Assembly (NCBI RefSeq): GCF_016127575.1
Contig: NZ_CP066018.1
Span: 270,001-302,000, forward strand
Source: Cupriavidus necator
Lineage (GTDB): Bacteria > Pseudomonadota > Gammaproteobacteria > Burkholderiales > Burkholderiaceae
DNA: 32,000 bases
Direction: 5' to 3'
Part shown: one piece after another, positions 17,586-25,895 of the stretch
Layout: the number at the start of each line of letters is the position of its first letter
How positions within the stretch are numbered: position 1 is the stretch's first letter
The notes under the pieces: model-generated
The model's database searches: none
What the model was told of the DNA's origin: nothing
The model's input: the letters and a program-made list of their open reading frames with translations, nothing else
Program-made: the position numbers and the translations under genes

Positions 17586-20500
17586 ATGTCCAGCCGCGCC
17601 CCACAACCCGCTGATGGTTCCCCCCCCAATGGCGGCGCGGGCGGGCAGGACGCCGCCTCCACCCTGGCCCCGCCACACCCCGTGAATCCCCCGGCCAACG
17701 ATGCCACCAGCGCCCGGCGCAACGATTCCGCCCGCGCGCACGCCGGCGCGTTCCTGCGCGCCTGCACGCGCGGCGTGGCGGCAGCCGTGCGCCACCCGTT
17801 CTGGCGCGGGCTGGGCCGCGCGCTGGTGCGGCTGGCGCTGGTGCTGGCCGCGCTGGCGCTGGTGGCGGGCCTGCTGATCCGCTTCGTGCTGTGGCCACAG
17901 GCGTCCACCGCGCGCCAGTGGCTGGAAGAACGCGGCTCGGTGGCGCTCTCGGCCAAGGTCAGCATCGGCGCGCTCGATACCTACTGGGACGGCTGGCACC
18001 CGGCCTTCCGCGCCCGCGGCCTGCGCGCCGTGGACTCCGGACAGCGCGTGCTGCTTGCGGCCGCCACGCTCGACGGCAAGCTGGCGTGGCGCTCGCTGTT
18101 CAGCATGAACCTGCAGTTCGTCAGCCTGGGCGCGACCGGCACCGACATCCTGGTGCGGCGCACGCCCGAGGGCCGGCTGCTGGTCGGCGGCATGCTGGTG
18201 GACGCGACCGGCGGCCAGCAGGACGACGATCGCTTCCTGGGCTGGCTGATGTCGCAGGGGCGCGTGGCGCTGTCCGACGGCAAGCTGCGCTGGCTGGACG
18301 AGAAGGCACGCCTGCCCCAGCTCGATATCGGCGAGATCCGCCTCGACACCCGCCGCGACGGCGCGCGCCACACGGTGACGCTGGAAGCGCGCTCGCCGGC
18401 GCTGGGCCCGAGCCCGCTGGTGGTGCAGTCCTCCTTCAGCAACGACTACCTGCACAGCGCCGGCAACTGGCGCTACTGGACCGGGCAGGCCAGCTGGGAC
18501 CTTGGCCAGCTGCAGCTGCCGGTGCTGCAGCGCTACCTGGCGATGTTCGAGCGCGTCGCCAGCGGCACCTTCAGCACCGACGGCAGCATTGAATTCCGCC
18601 AGGGCCGCATCGTGCGCAGCCAGACGCGGCTGCGCGCCAGCGGCGTCGACCTGCAGCTGGCCGGCGCCTCCGCCCCGCTGCGCCTGGCCAATGCGCAGGC
18701 CTTCCTGCTACACCGGACCGAGCGCGACGGCAGCAACCTGCTGACCGTCGACACCCTGCTCTGGCAACCCCAGCCCGCCAGCGACGACGAGGGCACCCCC
18801 GCCGACAGCACCTGGCGCGAAGGCATGCGCAAGGTCACCCTCGGCTGGGCCTCCGGCAAGGACGGCACCCTGCGCAAGTTCTCGCTCAAGGCGCCCACGC
18901 TGGACCTGAACACGCTGCGCGCGGTGTCCAGCTCGATGCCGCTGGACACCGCGGTGCTGCGCCGGCTGCGCGCGCTGCAGCCAGCTGGCCACATCGACAA
19001 CCTCAACGTGAGCTGGAGCCGCGAGCGCGCCGGCATGCTCGAGCGCGGCGACGGCAAGCTGCGCTACAGCGTGCAGGGCACGCTGCGCGACGTCTCGGTC
19101 AACGGCCAGCCGGCCGTGCCCGCGGTGGACGCCAGCGGCCACCCCCGGCTGGGCACGCCTGGCTTTTCGCACCTGTCCGGCACCTTCTCCTTCGATGACC
19201 AGCAGGGCAATGCCCGCTTCGAAGGCAACGGCGCGGCACTGGTGCTGCCTGGCCTGTTCGAGGAGCCGCGGCTGCCGTTCGACCAGATCGGCGGCGAAGT
19301 GCGCTGGACCCATGCCGGAGGCAAGCTCGCGGTTACGCTGGACGGCGTGCGCTTTGCCAATGCCGATGCGGCCGGCTCGGTGCGCGGCACCTGGCGCGCA
19401 GGCGGCGACGGTGTATCCGGCATCGCCGACCTGAGCGGTGAAATGACCCGCGCCCAGGTGGCGCGCGTGCCGCGCTACCTGCCGCTGAGCATTCCGGCCG
19501 GCACCCGGCACTACCTGGCCGGTGCGCTGGCGGGTGGCGAAGCTGCCGGCGTGAGCTTCGTGCTGCGCGGCGACCTGGCGCATTTCCCGTTCCATGCCCC
19601 GCACGAGAAGGCCGGCGAGTTCCATGTCGAGGTGCCGATCGAACACGTCAGCTACCAGATCGCCCCGCACGAGACCGCCAGCGGCACCACCACCGGCGCG
19701 CAGGCGTGGCCAACCTTCACCGACATTTCCGGGCGGGTCGTGTTCGACCGCGGCGGCATGACGTTCCTGGCAAGCCGGGCCACGGTCCACGACATCCCCG
19801 GCGTCACGCTGCAGGACGTCAAGGGCCGCATCGATGACCTTGGCCCGCACGGCAAGCTGGTGATCGACGGCGGCGCCAGCGGACCGGTGCAGGGCTTCCT
19901 GCGCTACATCAGTGCTTCGCCGGTGCGCGAATGGACCGGGCACGTGGCCGATGCGGCGCAGGCCCACGGCAACGGCGAGCTCAGGCTCAAGCTCGACATG
20001 CCGCTGGAACACGCCAATGCCGCCAAGGTGGACGGCCGCTTCCGCTTCCCCGGCAACGATGTCGTGCTCAGCCCGCAGCTGCCGCAACTGGGCCATGCCA
20101 ACGGCACCATCACATTCAATGAACACGGTTTCGGGCTGGAGAACATGCGGGCCCGCTTCCTCGGTGGCGAGATCCGGCTCGGCGGCGGCACCCAGCCGGA
20201 CGGCGCCACGCACGTCACCGCCAGCGGCAGCGTCTCGGCCGCCGGGCTGCGCGAGGCCGCCGCGGGCTCGGCGCTGGCGCCGGTGGCCGCGCGGCTCGAA
20301 GGCAGCACCAGCTACAGCGCCGTGATCGCCACGCGCGAGCGCCAGCTGCAGGTGCAGTTGAGCTCCGAACTCAATGGCATGGCGATCGGCCTGCCCGCGC
20401 CGCTGGCCAAGGCCGCGGCGCAAGACCTGGCGCTGCGCGCGGACCTGCGCCCGGCCAGCGCCCCGGACCGCGCCGGCACCAGCGAGCTGGTGCTGCAGCT

Positions 20501-21866
20501 GGGCCATGCGCTGAACGCGCGCTACCTGCTGCGCCGCGACCAGGGCGGCGGCATCGACGTGCTCGCCGGCGCCATCGGCATGCAGCAGGCGCCGCCGCCG
20601 CCCGCGGCCGGCGTCAGCGCCGCGGCCACCTTCGACCAGCTCGATATCGATGCATGGCGGGCGGCCTTCGGCGGCGGTGCCGGCAGCGCGGGCCCCGCCG
20701 CGGCGCCCTCACCCTTCCTGCCTGGCCGCATTGCGCTGCGCGCGCGCACGCTGCACGCCATGGGCCGCACGCTCGACGAGGTGGTGCTCGACGCCAACCG
20801 CGAAGCCGGCGGCTGGAACGCCAGGATCGACTCGCGCCAGGTGGCCGGCGCGGTGCAGTGGCGTCCGGCCGGGCCCTCGGCCACCGGGTCGCTGCAACTG
20901 CGCCTGGCGCGCCTGAACGTGCCCGATGCCAGCGACGAGCGCAACGTGGTGGACGCGCTCGCCAGCAGCATCGACGAGCTGCCCGCGATCGACCTGGTGG
21001 TCGACCAGTTCATGCTGCGCGGGCACGACTTCGGCAAGCTTGAAGTCAAGGCCCATACCGGCACCAGCTCCGCCGATCCGGTCTGGACCCTGGAAAAGCT
21101 GCAGATCGAGCAACCCGGCGCCACCCTGACCGGCAGCGGCAGCTGGCGCGTGCCGCGCCAGCTGCGCGCCGACGCCAATGCCGAGCGCCGCACCCTGTTG
21201 TCCTTCAGCATCGACGTGCGCGATGCCGGCGCCACGCTGGAACGGTTGGGGCTGGCGCACACGCTGAGCGACGGCAAGGGCAAGCTCGAAGGCCGCGTGG
21301 CCTGGCGCGGCTCGCCGCTGTCGATCGACTACCCGACGCTGTCGGGCAAGCTGTCGCTGGACCTGGAGAATGGCCAGATCCTGAGCGTGGAGCCCGGCGC
21401 GGCGCGGCTGCTGGGCGTGCTCAGCCTGCAAGGCCTGCTGCGCTTTGCCATGCTGGACTTCCGCACCCTGTCGGGCCGCGGGCTGGTGTTCGACCGCATT
21501 GCCGGCACTGGCACGATCGAGAACGGCGTCGGCACGATCCAGGACTTCGAGCTCAGGAGCCCGCAGATCATCGCCAGCATGAGCGGCACCGCCAACCTGC
21601 TGCGCGAGACCCAGGACCTGCGCGTGGATGTGGTGCCACGCATCAACGCCACCTCCACCTCGATCGCGGCCGCCTTTATCAACCCGGTGCTGGGAATCGG
21701 CACGCTGGCCGCGCAACTGCTGTTTGCCGACGAGTTCTCCAAGGTGTTCACCCAGCACTACCGCATCACCGGCAGCTGGGCCAACCCGCAGATCGGCAAA
21801 CTGGAGGACAATAAGGCGCAAGCCCCGACCTTCCAGAACCGCGCGGACCCCGCCCTCCCGCGCTGA
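17586..21866 (+). CDS. yhdP: YhdP-family (AsmA-like, TIGR02099-type) large envelope protein
   Basis: About 1426 aa from ATG 17586. One N-terminal TM helix (LVRLALVLAALALVAGLLIRFVLW), then a long beta-rich periplasmic region. The conserved C-terminal end (YRITGSWANPQI) is typical of YhdP/AsmA-like proteins. Alternative TTG start at 17568 behind GGAGAG. Confidence 0.85.
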   Translation: MSSRAPQPADGSPPNGGAGGQDAASTLAPPHPVNPPANDATSARRNDSARAHAGAFLRACTRGVAAAVRHPFWRGLGRALVRLALVLAALALVAGLLIRFVLWPQASTARQWLEERGSVALSAKVSIGALDTYWDGWHPAFRARGLRAVDSGQRVLLAAATLDGKLAWRSLFSMNLQFVSLGATGTDILVRRTPEGRLLVGGMLVDATGGQQDDDRFLGWLMSQGRVALSDGKLRWLDEKARLPQLDIGEIRLDTRRDGARHTVTLEARSPALGPSPLVVQSSFSNDYLHSAGNWRYWTGQASWDLGQLQLPVLQRYLAMFERVASGTFSTDGSIEFRQGRIVRSQTRLRASGVDLQLAGASAPLRLANAQAFLLHRTERDGSNLLTVDTLLWQPQPASDDEGTPADSTWREGMRKVTLGWASGKDGTLRKFSLKAPTLDLNTLRAVSSSMPLDTAVLRRLRALQPAGHIDNLNVSWSRERAGMLERGDGKLRYSVQGTLRDVSVNGQPAVPAVDASGHPRLGTPGFSHLSGTFSFDDQQGNARFEGNGAALVLPGLFEEPRLPFDQIGGEVRWTHAGGKLAVTLDGVRFANADAAGSVRGTWRAGGDGVSGIADLSGEMTRAQVARVPRYLPLSIPAGTRHYLAGALAGGEAAGVSFVLRGDLAHFPFHAPHEKAGEFHVEVPIEHVSYQIAPHETASGTTTGAQAWPTFTDISGRVVFDRGGMTFLASRATVHDIPGVTLQDVKGRIDDLGPHGKLVIDGGASGPVQGFLRYISASPVREWTGHVADAAQAHGNGELRLKLDMPLEHANAAKVDGRFRFPGNDVVLSPQLPQLGHANGTITFNEHGFGLENMRARFLGGEIRLGGGTQPDGATHVTASGSVSAAGLREAAAGSALAPVAARLEGSTSYSAVIATRERQLQVQLSSELNGMAIGLPAPLAKAAAQDLALRADLRPASAPDRAGTSELVLQLGHALNARYLLRRDQGGGIDVLAGAIGMQQAPPPPAAGVSAAATFDQLDIDAWRAAFGGGAGSAGPAAAPSPFLPGRIALRARTLHAMGRTLDEVVLDANREAGGWNARIDSRQVAGAVQWRPAGPSATGSLQLRLARLNVPDASDERNVVDALASSIDELPAIDLVVDQFMLRGHDFGKLEVKAHTGTSSADPVWTLEKLQIEQPGATLTGSGSWRVPRQLRADANAERRTLLSFSIDVRDAGATLERLGLAHTLSDGKGKLEGRVAWRGSPLSIDYPTLSGKLSLDLENGQILSVEPGAARLLGVLSLQGLLRFAMLDFRTLSGRGLVFDRIAGTGTIENGVGTIQDFELRSPQIIASMSGTANLLRETQDLRVDVVPRINATSTSIAAAFINPVLGIGTLAAQLLFADEFSKVFTQHYRITGSWANPQIGKLEDNKAQAPTFQNRADPALPR

Positions 21867-21883
21867 GGAAAACAACGCCGCCT

Positions 21884-22714
21884 ATGACTGCAACCGCCGC
21901 CTCCGCCCCGTTCCGCGTTGCCGCCGTCCAGACCGTGACCGGCACCTCGCTCGATGCCAACCTGGCGCGCGCCGACGCGCTGATCGCCGAGGCCGCAGCC
22001 GGCGGCGCGGCACTGGTGCTGCTGCCCGAATACTTCTGCATGATGGGCCGCTCCGAATCCGACAAGGTGGCCGTGCGCGAGCATGACGGCGACGGCCCGG
22101 TGCAGCAGTTCCTGGCCGATGCGGCACGCCGCCACGGCATCTGGCTGGTCGGCGGCACGCTGCCGATGTGGTGCGACGACCCGGCGCGCGTGTACAACAC
22201 CTCGCTCGCCTTCAACCCGCGCGGCGAGCGCGTGGCGCGCTATGACAAGATCCACCTGTTCGGCTTCACCCGCGGCACTGAAAGCTACGACGAGTCGCGC
22301 ACCATCCTGGCCGGGCGCACGCCGGTCAGCTTCGACGCGCCCTGCGGCCGGGTGGCGATGTCGGTGTGCTACGACCTGCGTTTCCCCGAGCTTTACCGCG
22401 GACTGGCCGCCGGCGACGGCACCAGCTTGATTCTGATGCCGGCCGCCTTCACCTACACCACAGGGCAGGCGCACTGGGAGATCCTGCTGCGCGCCCGCGC
22501 CATTGAAAACCAATGCTATGTGCTGGCCGCGGCACAGGGCGGCAAGCATGAGAATGGCCGGCGCACGTGGGGCCATTCGATGCTGGTCGATCCGTGGGGC
22601 GAGGTGCTGGCAACGCTGCCTGAGGGCGAAGGCGTGGTCGGCGGCGTGATCGATCCCGCGCGCCTGGCCGAGGTCCGGCAGAACCTGCCGGCACTGCGAC
22701 ACCGGGTGCTGTAG
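21884..22714 (+). CDS. Carbon-nitrogen hydrolase family protein (nitrilase superfamily, Nit/omega-amidase-like)
   Basis: Glu-Lys-Cys triad contexts LLPEYF, YDKIHLF and MSVCYDLRFPE. 276 aa. Begins 18 nt after the yhdP stop. Confidence 0.88.
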   Translation: MTATAASAPFRVAAVQTVTGTSLDANLARADALIAEAAAGGAALVLLPEYFCMMGRSESDKVAVREHDGDGPVQQFLADAARRHGIWLVGGTLPMWCDDPARVYNTSLAFNPRGERVARYDKIHLFGFTRGTESYDESRTILAGRTPVSFDAPCGRVAMSVCYDLRFPELYRGLAAGDGTSLILMPAAFTYTTGQAHWEILLRARAIENQCYVLAAAQGGKHENGRRTWGHSMLVDPWGEVLATLPEGEGVVGGVIDPARLAEVRQNLPALRHRVL

Positions 22715-22813
22715 CATGTACGCAATCGCGGCAGCCTTCACCGGCTCCCGCCCGGAGAATTTTTTGCCGCGCCGGCCGCAAGCCGGCGCGTCCCCAGGAA
22801 GAAAGGACATCTC

Positions 22814-24274
22814 ATGAACGCCGGCGATCTCGGAATCCGCAACCTGGCCACCGCGCAGCAACTGCTGCTGGCACCGTACGGCCTGGACGAGGCCAAGCTC
22901 CAGCGCGTGCTGGCCGATATCTTCACGCACAAGGTCGACTATGCCGACCTGTACTTCCAGTACACCCGCAACGAGGCCTGGAGCCTGGAAGAAGGCATCG
23001 TCAAGTCGGGCAGCTTCAGCATCGACCAGGGCGTGGGCGTGCGCGCGGTCTCGGGCGACCGCACCGCCTTCGCCTATTCGGACGACATCAGCCTGGCGGC
23101 GCTGTCGCAGGCCGCGGCGGCCACGCGCACCATCGGCCGTGCCGGCAACGGCCGCGTCAAGGTGGCCGGCGAGCTGGCCACGCACGCCGGGCGCAACCTG
23201 TACGCGCCCAACGACCCGCTCGACTCCATGAGCGCGGCCGAGAAGGTGGCGCTGCTTGAGCGCGTCGAGCGCATGGCGCGCGCCAAGGATCCGCGCGTGG
23301 TGCAGGTGATGGCAGGCCTGGCCGGCGAATACGACGTGGTGCTGGTGGCGCGCAGCGACGGCGTGATCGCCGCCGACGTGCGTCCGCTGGTGCGGGTCTC
23401 GGTCACGGTGATCGCCGAACACGGCGGGCGCCGCGAGGTCGGCTCTTCCGGCGGTGGCGGCCGCTATGCCTATGGCTACTTCACCGACGAGCTGCTGCAG
23501 AAATATGTTGACGAGGCCGTCTCTTCGGCCCTGGTCAACCTGGACGCGCGCCCGGCCCCGGCCGGCTCGATGACCGTGGTGCTGGGCCCGGGCTGGCCCG
23601 GCGTGCTGCTGCATGAAGCCGTCGGCCACGGCCTGGAGGGCGACTTCAACCGCAAGGGCTCGTCGGCCTTTGCCGGCCGCATGGGCGAACGCGTCGCGGC
23701 CAAGGGCGTGACCGTGGTCGACGACGGCACGCTGGCCAACCGCCGCGGCTCGCTCAACCTGGACGACGAAGGCAACCCGACCCAGTGCACCACGCTGATC
23801 GAGGACGGCATCCTGCGCGGCTATATCCAGGACACGCTCAACGCGCGCCTGATGAAGATGCCGGTCACCGGCAATGCGCGCCGCGAAAGCTATGCCGCGC
23901 TGCCGATGCCGCGCATGACCAACACCTACATGCTCAACGGCGACAGGGATCCGCAGGAGATCATCGCCAGCGTCAAGCGCGGCCTGTATGCGGTCAACTT
24001 CGGCGGCGGCCAGGTGGACATCACCAACGGCAAGTTCGTGTTCTCGGCGAGCGAGGCCTACATGATCGAGGACGGCAAGATCACCTACCCGGTCAAGGGC
24101 GCGACGCTGGTCGGCAACGGCCCGGAATCGCTGAAGGATGTCACCATGATCGGCAACGACATGCGCCTGGACTCGGGCGTCGGCGTGTGCGGCAAGGAAG
24201 GCCAGAGCGTGCCGGTGGGCGTGGGCCAGCCGACGCTGCGCATCGAGAACATGACGGTGGGCGGCACCGCCTGA
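22814..24274 (+). CDS. tldD: Metalloprotease TldD
   Basis: 486 aa. [11 protein letters not shown] (HExxxH) and overall TldD/PmbA-fold sequence. Preceded by AGGAAGAAAGGA. Confidence 0.93.
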   Translation: MNAGDLGIRNLATAQQLLLAPYGLDEAKLQRVLADIFTHKVDYADLYFQYTRNEAWSLEEGIVKSGSFSIDQGVGVRAVSGDRTAFAYSDDISLAALSQAAAATRTIGRAGNGRVKVAGELATHAGRNLYAPNDPLDSMSAAEKVALLERVERMARAKDPRVVQVMAGLAGEYDVVLVARSDGVIAADVRPLVRVSVTVIAEHGGRREVGSSGGGGRYAYGYFTDELLQKYVDEAVSSALVNLDARPAPAGSMTVVLGPGWPGVLLHEAVGHGLEGDFNRKGSSAFAGRMGERVAAKGVTVVDDGTLANRRGSLNLDDEGNPTQCTTLIEDGILRGYIQDTLNARLMKMPVTGNARRESYAALPMPRMTNTYMLNGDRDPQEIIASVKRGLYAVNFGGGQVDITNGKFVFSASEAYMIEDGKITYPVKGATLVGNGPESLKDVTMIGNDMRLDSGVGVCGKEGQSVPVGVGQPTLRIENMTVGGTA

Positions 24275-24295
24275 CCAGTCCGGCGATGACGAAGA

Positions 24296-24320
24296 CGGGA
24301 CCCTGCGGGGTCCCGTTTTT
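24296..24320 (+). terminator. Rho-independent terminator after tldD
   Basis: CGGGACCC 24296-24303 pairs with GGGTCCCG 24308-24315 (loop TGCG), followed by TTTTT 24316-24320. Confidence 0.75.
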
Positions 24321-24338
24321 CACGGGATCGCCCCGGCC

Positions 24339-25394
24339 TTACGGCCGCACTTCATACACCAGGTTGAACGGCGTCTGCGCCGCGCGGCGGAAACTGCTGA
24401 AGCCGGCCTGCTCAACCACTGCGCGCATGCGCGCCTCGCCCGCCTGCGCGCCCAGGCACAGGCCGACTTCCTGCGCGCGCGACGCTGGCGTGCAAATGAA
24501 GGTGGACGCGGAATAGAACACCCGGCCCAGCGGGTTCAGGTTCTGCTCCAGCGTGTCGTTGGCAAACGGTTCCACGATCATCCAGGCGCCATCGGCACGC
24601 AGGGTCTCGCGCACGTGGCGTGCCGCGCCGACCGGATCGCCCATGTCGTGCAGGCAGTCGAATACCGTCACCAGGTCATAGTCCTTGCCGCCGTAGTCCT
24701 TGGCGGTGGCCACTTCGAAGCGCACGCGCTCGGTCATGCCGGCGCGGCGCGCGGCTTCGGCCGCATGGCGCACCGAAGGCTCGTGGTAGTCGAAACCGAC
24801 AAAGCGCGAGGCCGGATACGCCTGCGCCATGATGATGGTCGACGCGCCGTGGCCGCAGCCCACGTCCGCCACCGATGCGCCCGCCTTGAGCCGCGCCTCC
24901 ATGCCGTCCAGCGCGGGAATCCATTCCGAAACCAGGTGCGCCGCGTAGCCCGGCCGGAAGAAGCGCTCGGTGCCGTGGAACAGCGCGGGATCGTGCTCGT
25001 GCCAGCCCAGCCCGCGGCCGTTGCGGAAGATATCGATCACCTTCGGGATGGCGCGGAACTGCGCCACCGCGATCTGGAACGCGCCCGGGATGAATGCGAG
25101 GCTGCCCTCCTGCGCCAGCGCATAGGCCTGCTCTTCGTTCAGGCTGAACTGCCCGGTGGCCGGGTCATAGTCGACGTAGCCGCTGGCCGCCTGTGCCGAC
25201 AGCCATTCGCGCAGGTAGCGCACGTCTGTATGGGTCTTTGCCGCCAGCACTTCGGCGGTCATTGCTTTTTCCGCCATGGCCTTGTACAGGCCGAGTTCAT
25301 CGCCCACCACCACGGTCGCGGCATGCATCACCGCGCCGATATCGTTGACGAATTTTTCCATGAAGGCATTCAGCCTCGCTTCATCGACGCTCAT
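24339..25394 (-). CDS. Class I SAM-dependent methyltransferase with N-terminal helical/wHTH-like domain
   Basis: Start at ATG 25394 (MSVDEARLNAFMEKF...), preceded on the minus strand by GGGGAGG. Motif I is VADVGCGHGAST. The upstream 53 codons of the track ORF lack an RBS and look non-coding. Confidence 0.8.
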   Translation of the reverse strand: MSVDEARLNAFMEKFVNDIGAVMHAATVVVGDELGLYKAMAEKAMTAEVLAAKTHTDVRYLREWLSAQAASGYVDYDPATGQFSLNEEQAYALAQEGSLAFIPGAFQIAVAQFRAIPKVIDIFRNGRGLGWHEHDPALFHGTERFFRPGYAAHLVSEWIPALDGMEARLKAGASVADVGCGHGASTIIMAQAYPASRFVGFDYHEPSVRHAAEAARRAGMTERVRFEVATAKDYGGKDYDLVTVFDCLHDMGDPVGAARHVRETLRADGAWMIVEPFANDTLEQNLNPLGRVFYSASTFICTPASRAQEVGLCLGAQAGEARMRAVVEQAGFSSFRRAAQTPFNLVYEVRP

Positions 25395-25718
25395 GATGCA
25401 CCTCCCCGTGCTCACTGCTCCCCGGTTCCAATATAGCCCCGGGTATGTCGGGGAAAGCCGAAAAGCAGTGGCGGGACAAGGCTTGGCAAGGCGCCGGGAG
25501 ATGCGTACGCCAGCGCACCGCATGGCCTCGTCGACACTTGCCAATTCTGGCAAAAGGCGCTATAAAGATGCTTCGCGGCGCGACAGGCAACTGACGCACG
25601 CCGAAAATTGACCGGCCGGCGCGCAATTTCCTGCCTTTCTGCTACGCAGTGCAGCATAAATTCGGCGCTCACGACGATAATCGATTCAAGCTGACCCAAG
25701 CCAAAGCCTTTTTCCGCC

Positions 25719-25790
25719 ATGTCCGCTAAGTTTTACTTTTACTTTTTTAGCGATCTCACACCGCTGGCGGATAGGGAGGGACGGCTGTAG
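25719..25790 (+). CDS. Candidate aroG leader peptide (23 aa, MSAKFYFYFFSDLTPLADREGRL)
   Basis: ATG 25719 to TAG 25788-25790. Codons 5-10 are TTT TAC TTT TAC TTT TTT, six consecutive aromatic codons. Lies directly upstream of the antiterminator/terminator pair and of aroG. No obvious Shine-Dalgarno sequence, which lowers confidence. Confidence 0.55.
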   Translation: MSAKFYFYFFSDLTPLADREGRL

Positions 25791-25823
25791 GCAGCGCCCC
25801 GAATACAAAAAAGACCGCCAGCG
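25762..25823 (+). promoter_or_regulatory. Candidate antiterminator helix of the aroG attenuator
   Basis: CGCTGGCGG (25762-25770) is the perfect reverse complement of CCGCCAGCG (25815-25823). That segment contains the 5' arm of the terminator stem, so the two helices are mutually exclusive. Confidence 0.5.
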
Positions 25824-25841
25824 ACCCTGGCGGTTTTTTTT
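25814..25841 (+). terminator. Rho-independent terminator in the aroG 5' leader (attenuator terminator)
   Basis: ACCGCCAG 25814-25821 pairs with CTGGCGGT 25827-25834 (loop CGACC), running into 8 T (25834-25841). It ends 55 nt upstream of the aroG ATG. No plus-strand gene ends upstream of it, because the neighbouring gene is divergent. Confidence 0.75.
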
Positions 25842-25895
25842 ATACCTGTTTGTTTCCCCACCCACTCACGACCTCACAAGAATCCCGGAGCCATC

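Noticed and set aside
18708-23629. 599-aa (18708-20507) and 623-aa (21758-23629) minus-strand ORFs
   Set aside because: They are antisense to yhdP and to the nitrilase-family and tldD genes respectively. Same compositional artefact, with no domain signatures.
25548-25561. Sigma-54 -24/-12 promoter suggested by TGGCAAAAGGCGCT
   Set aside because: The GG-to-GC spacing does not fit TGGCAC-N5-TTGCW. The TGGCAA is better explained as the right half of the 25538-25553 inverted repeat.
25412-25720. 102-aa minus-strand ORF starting at the complement of the leader-peptide ATG
   Set aside because: No RBS and no family resemblance. It lies in the divergent promoter region, and its start is just the reverse complement of CAT in ...GCCATG...
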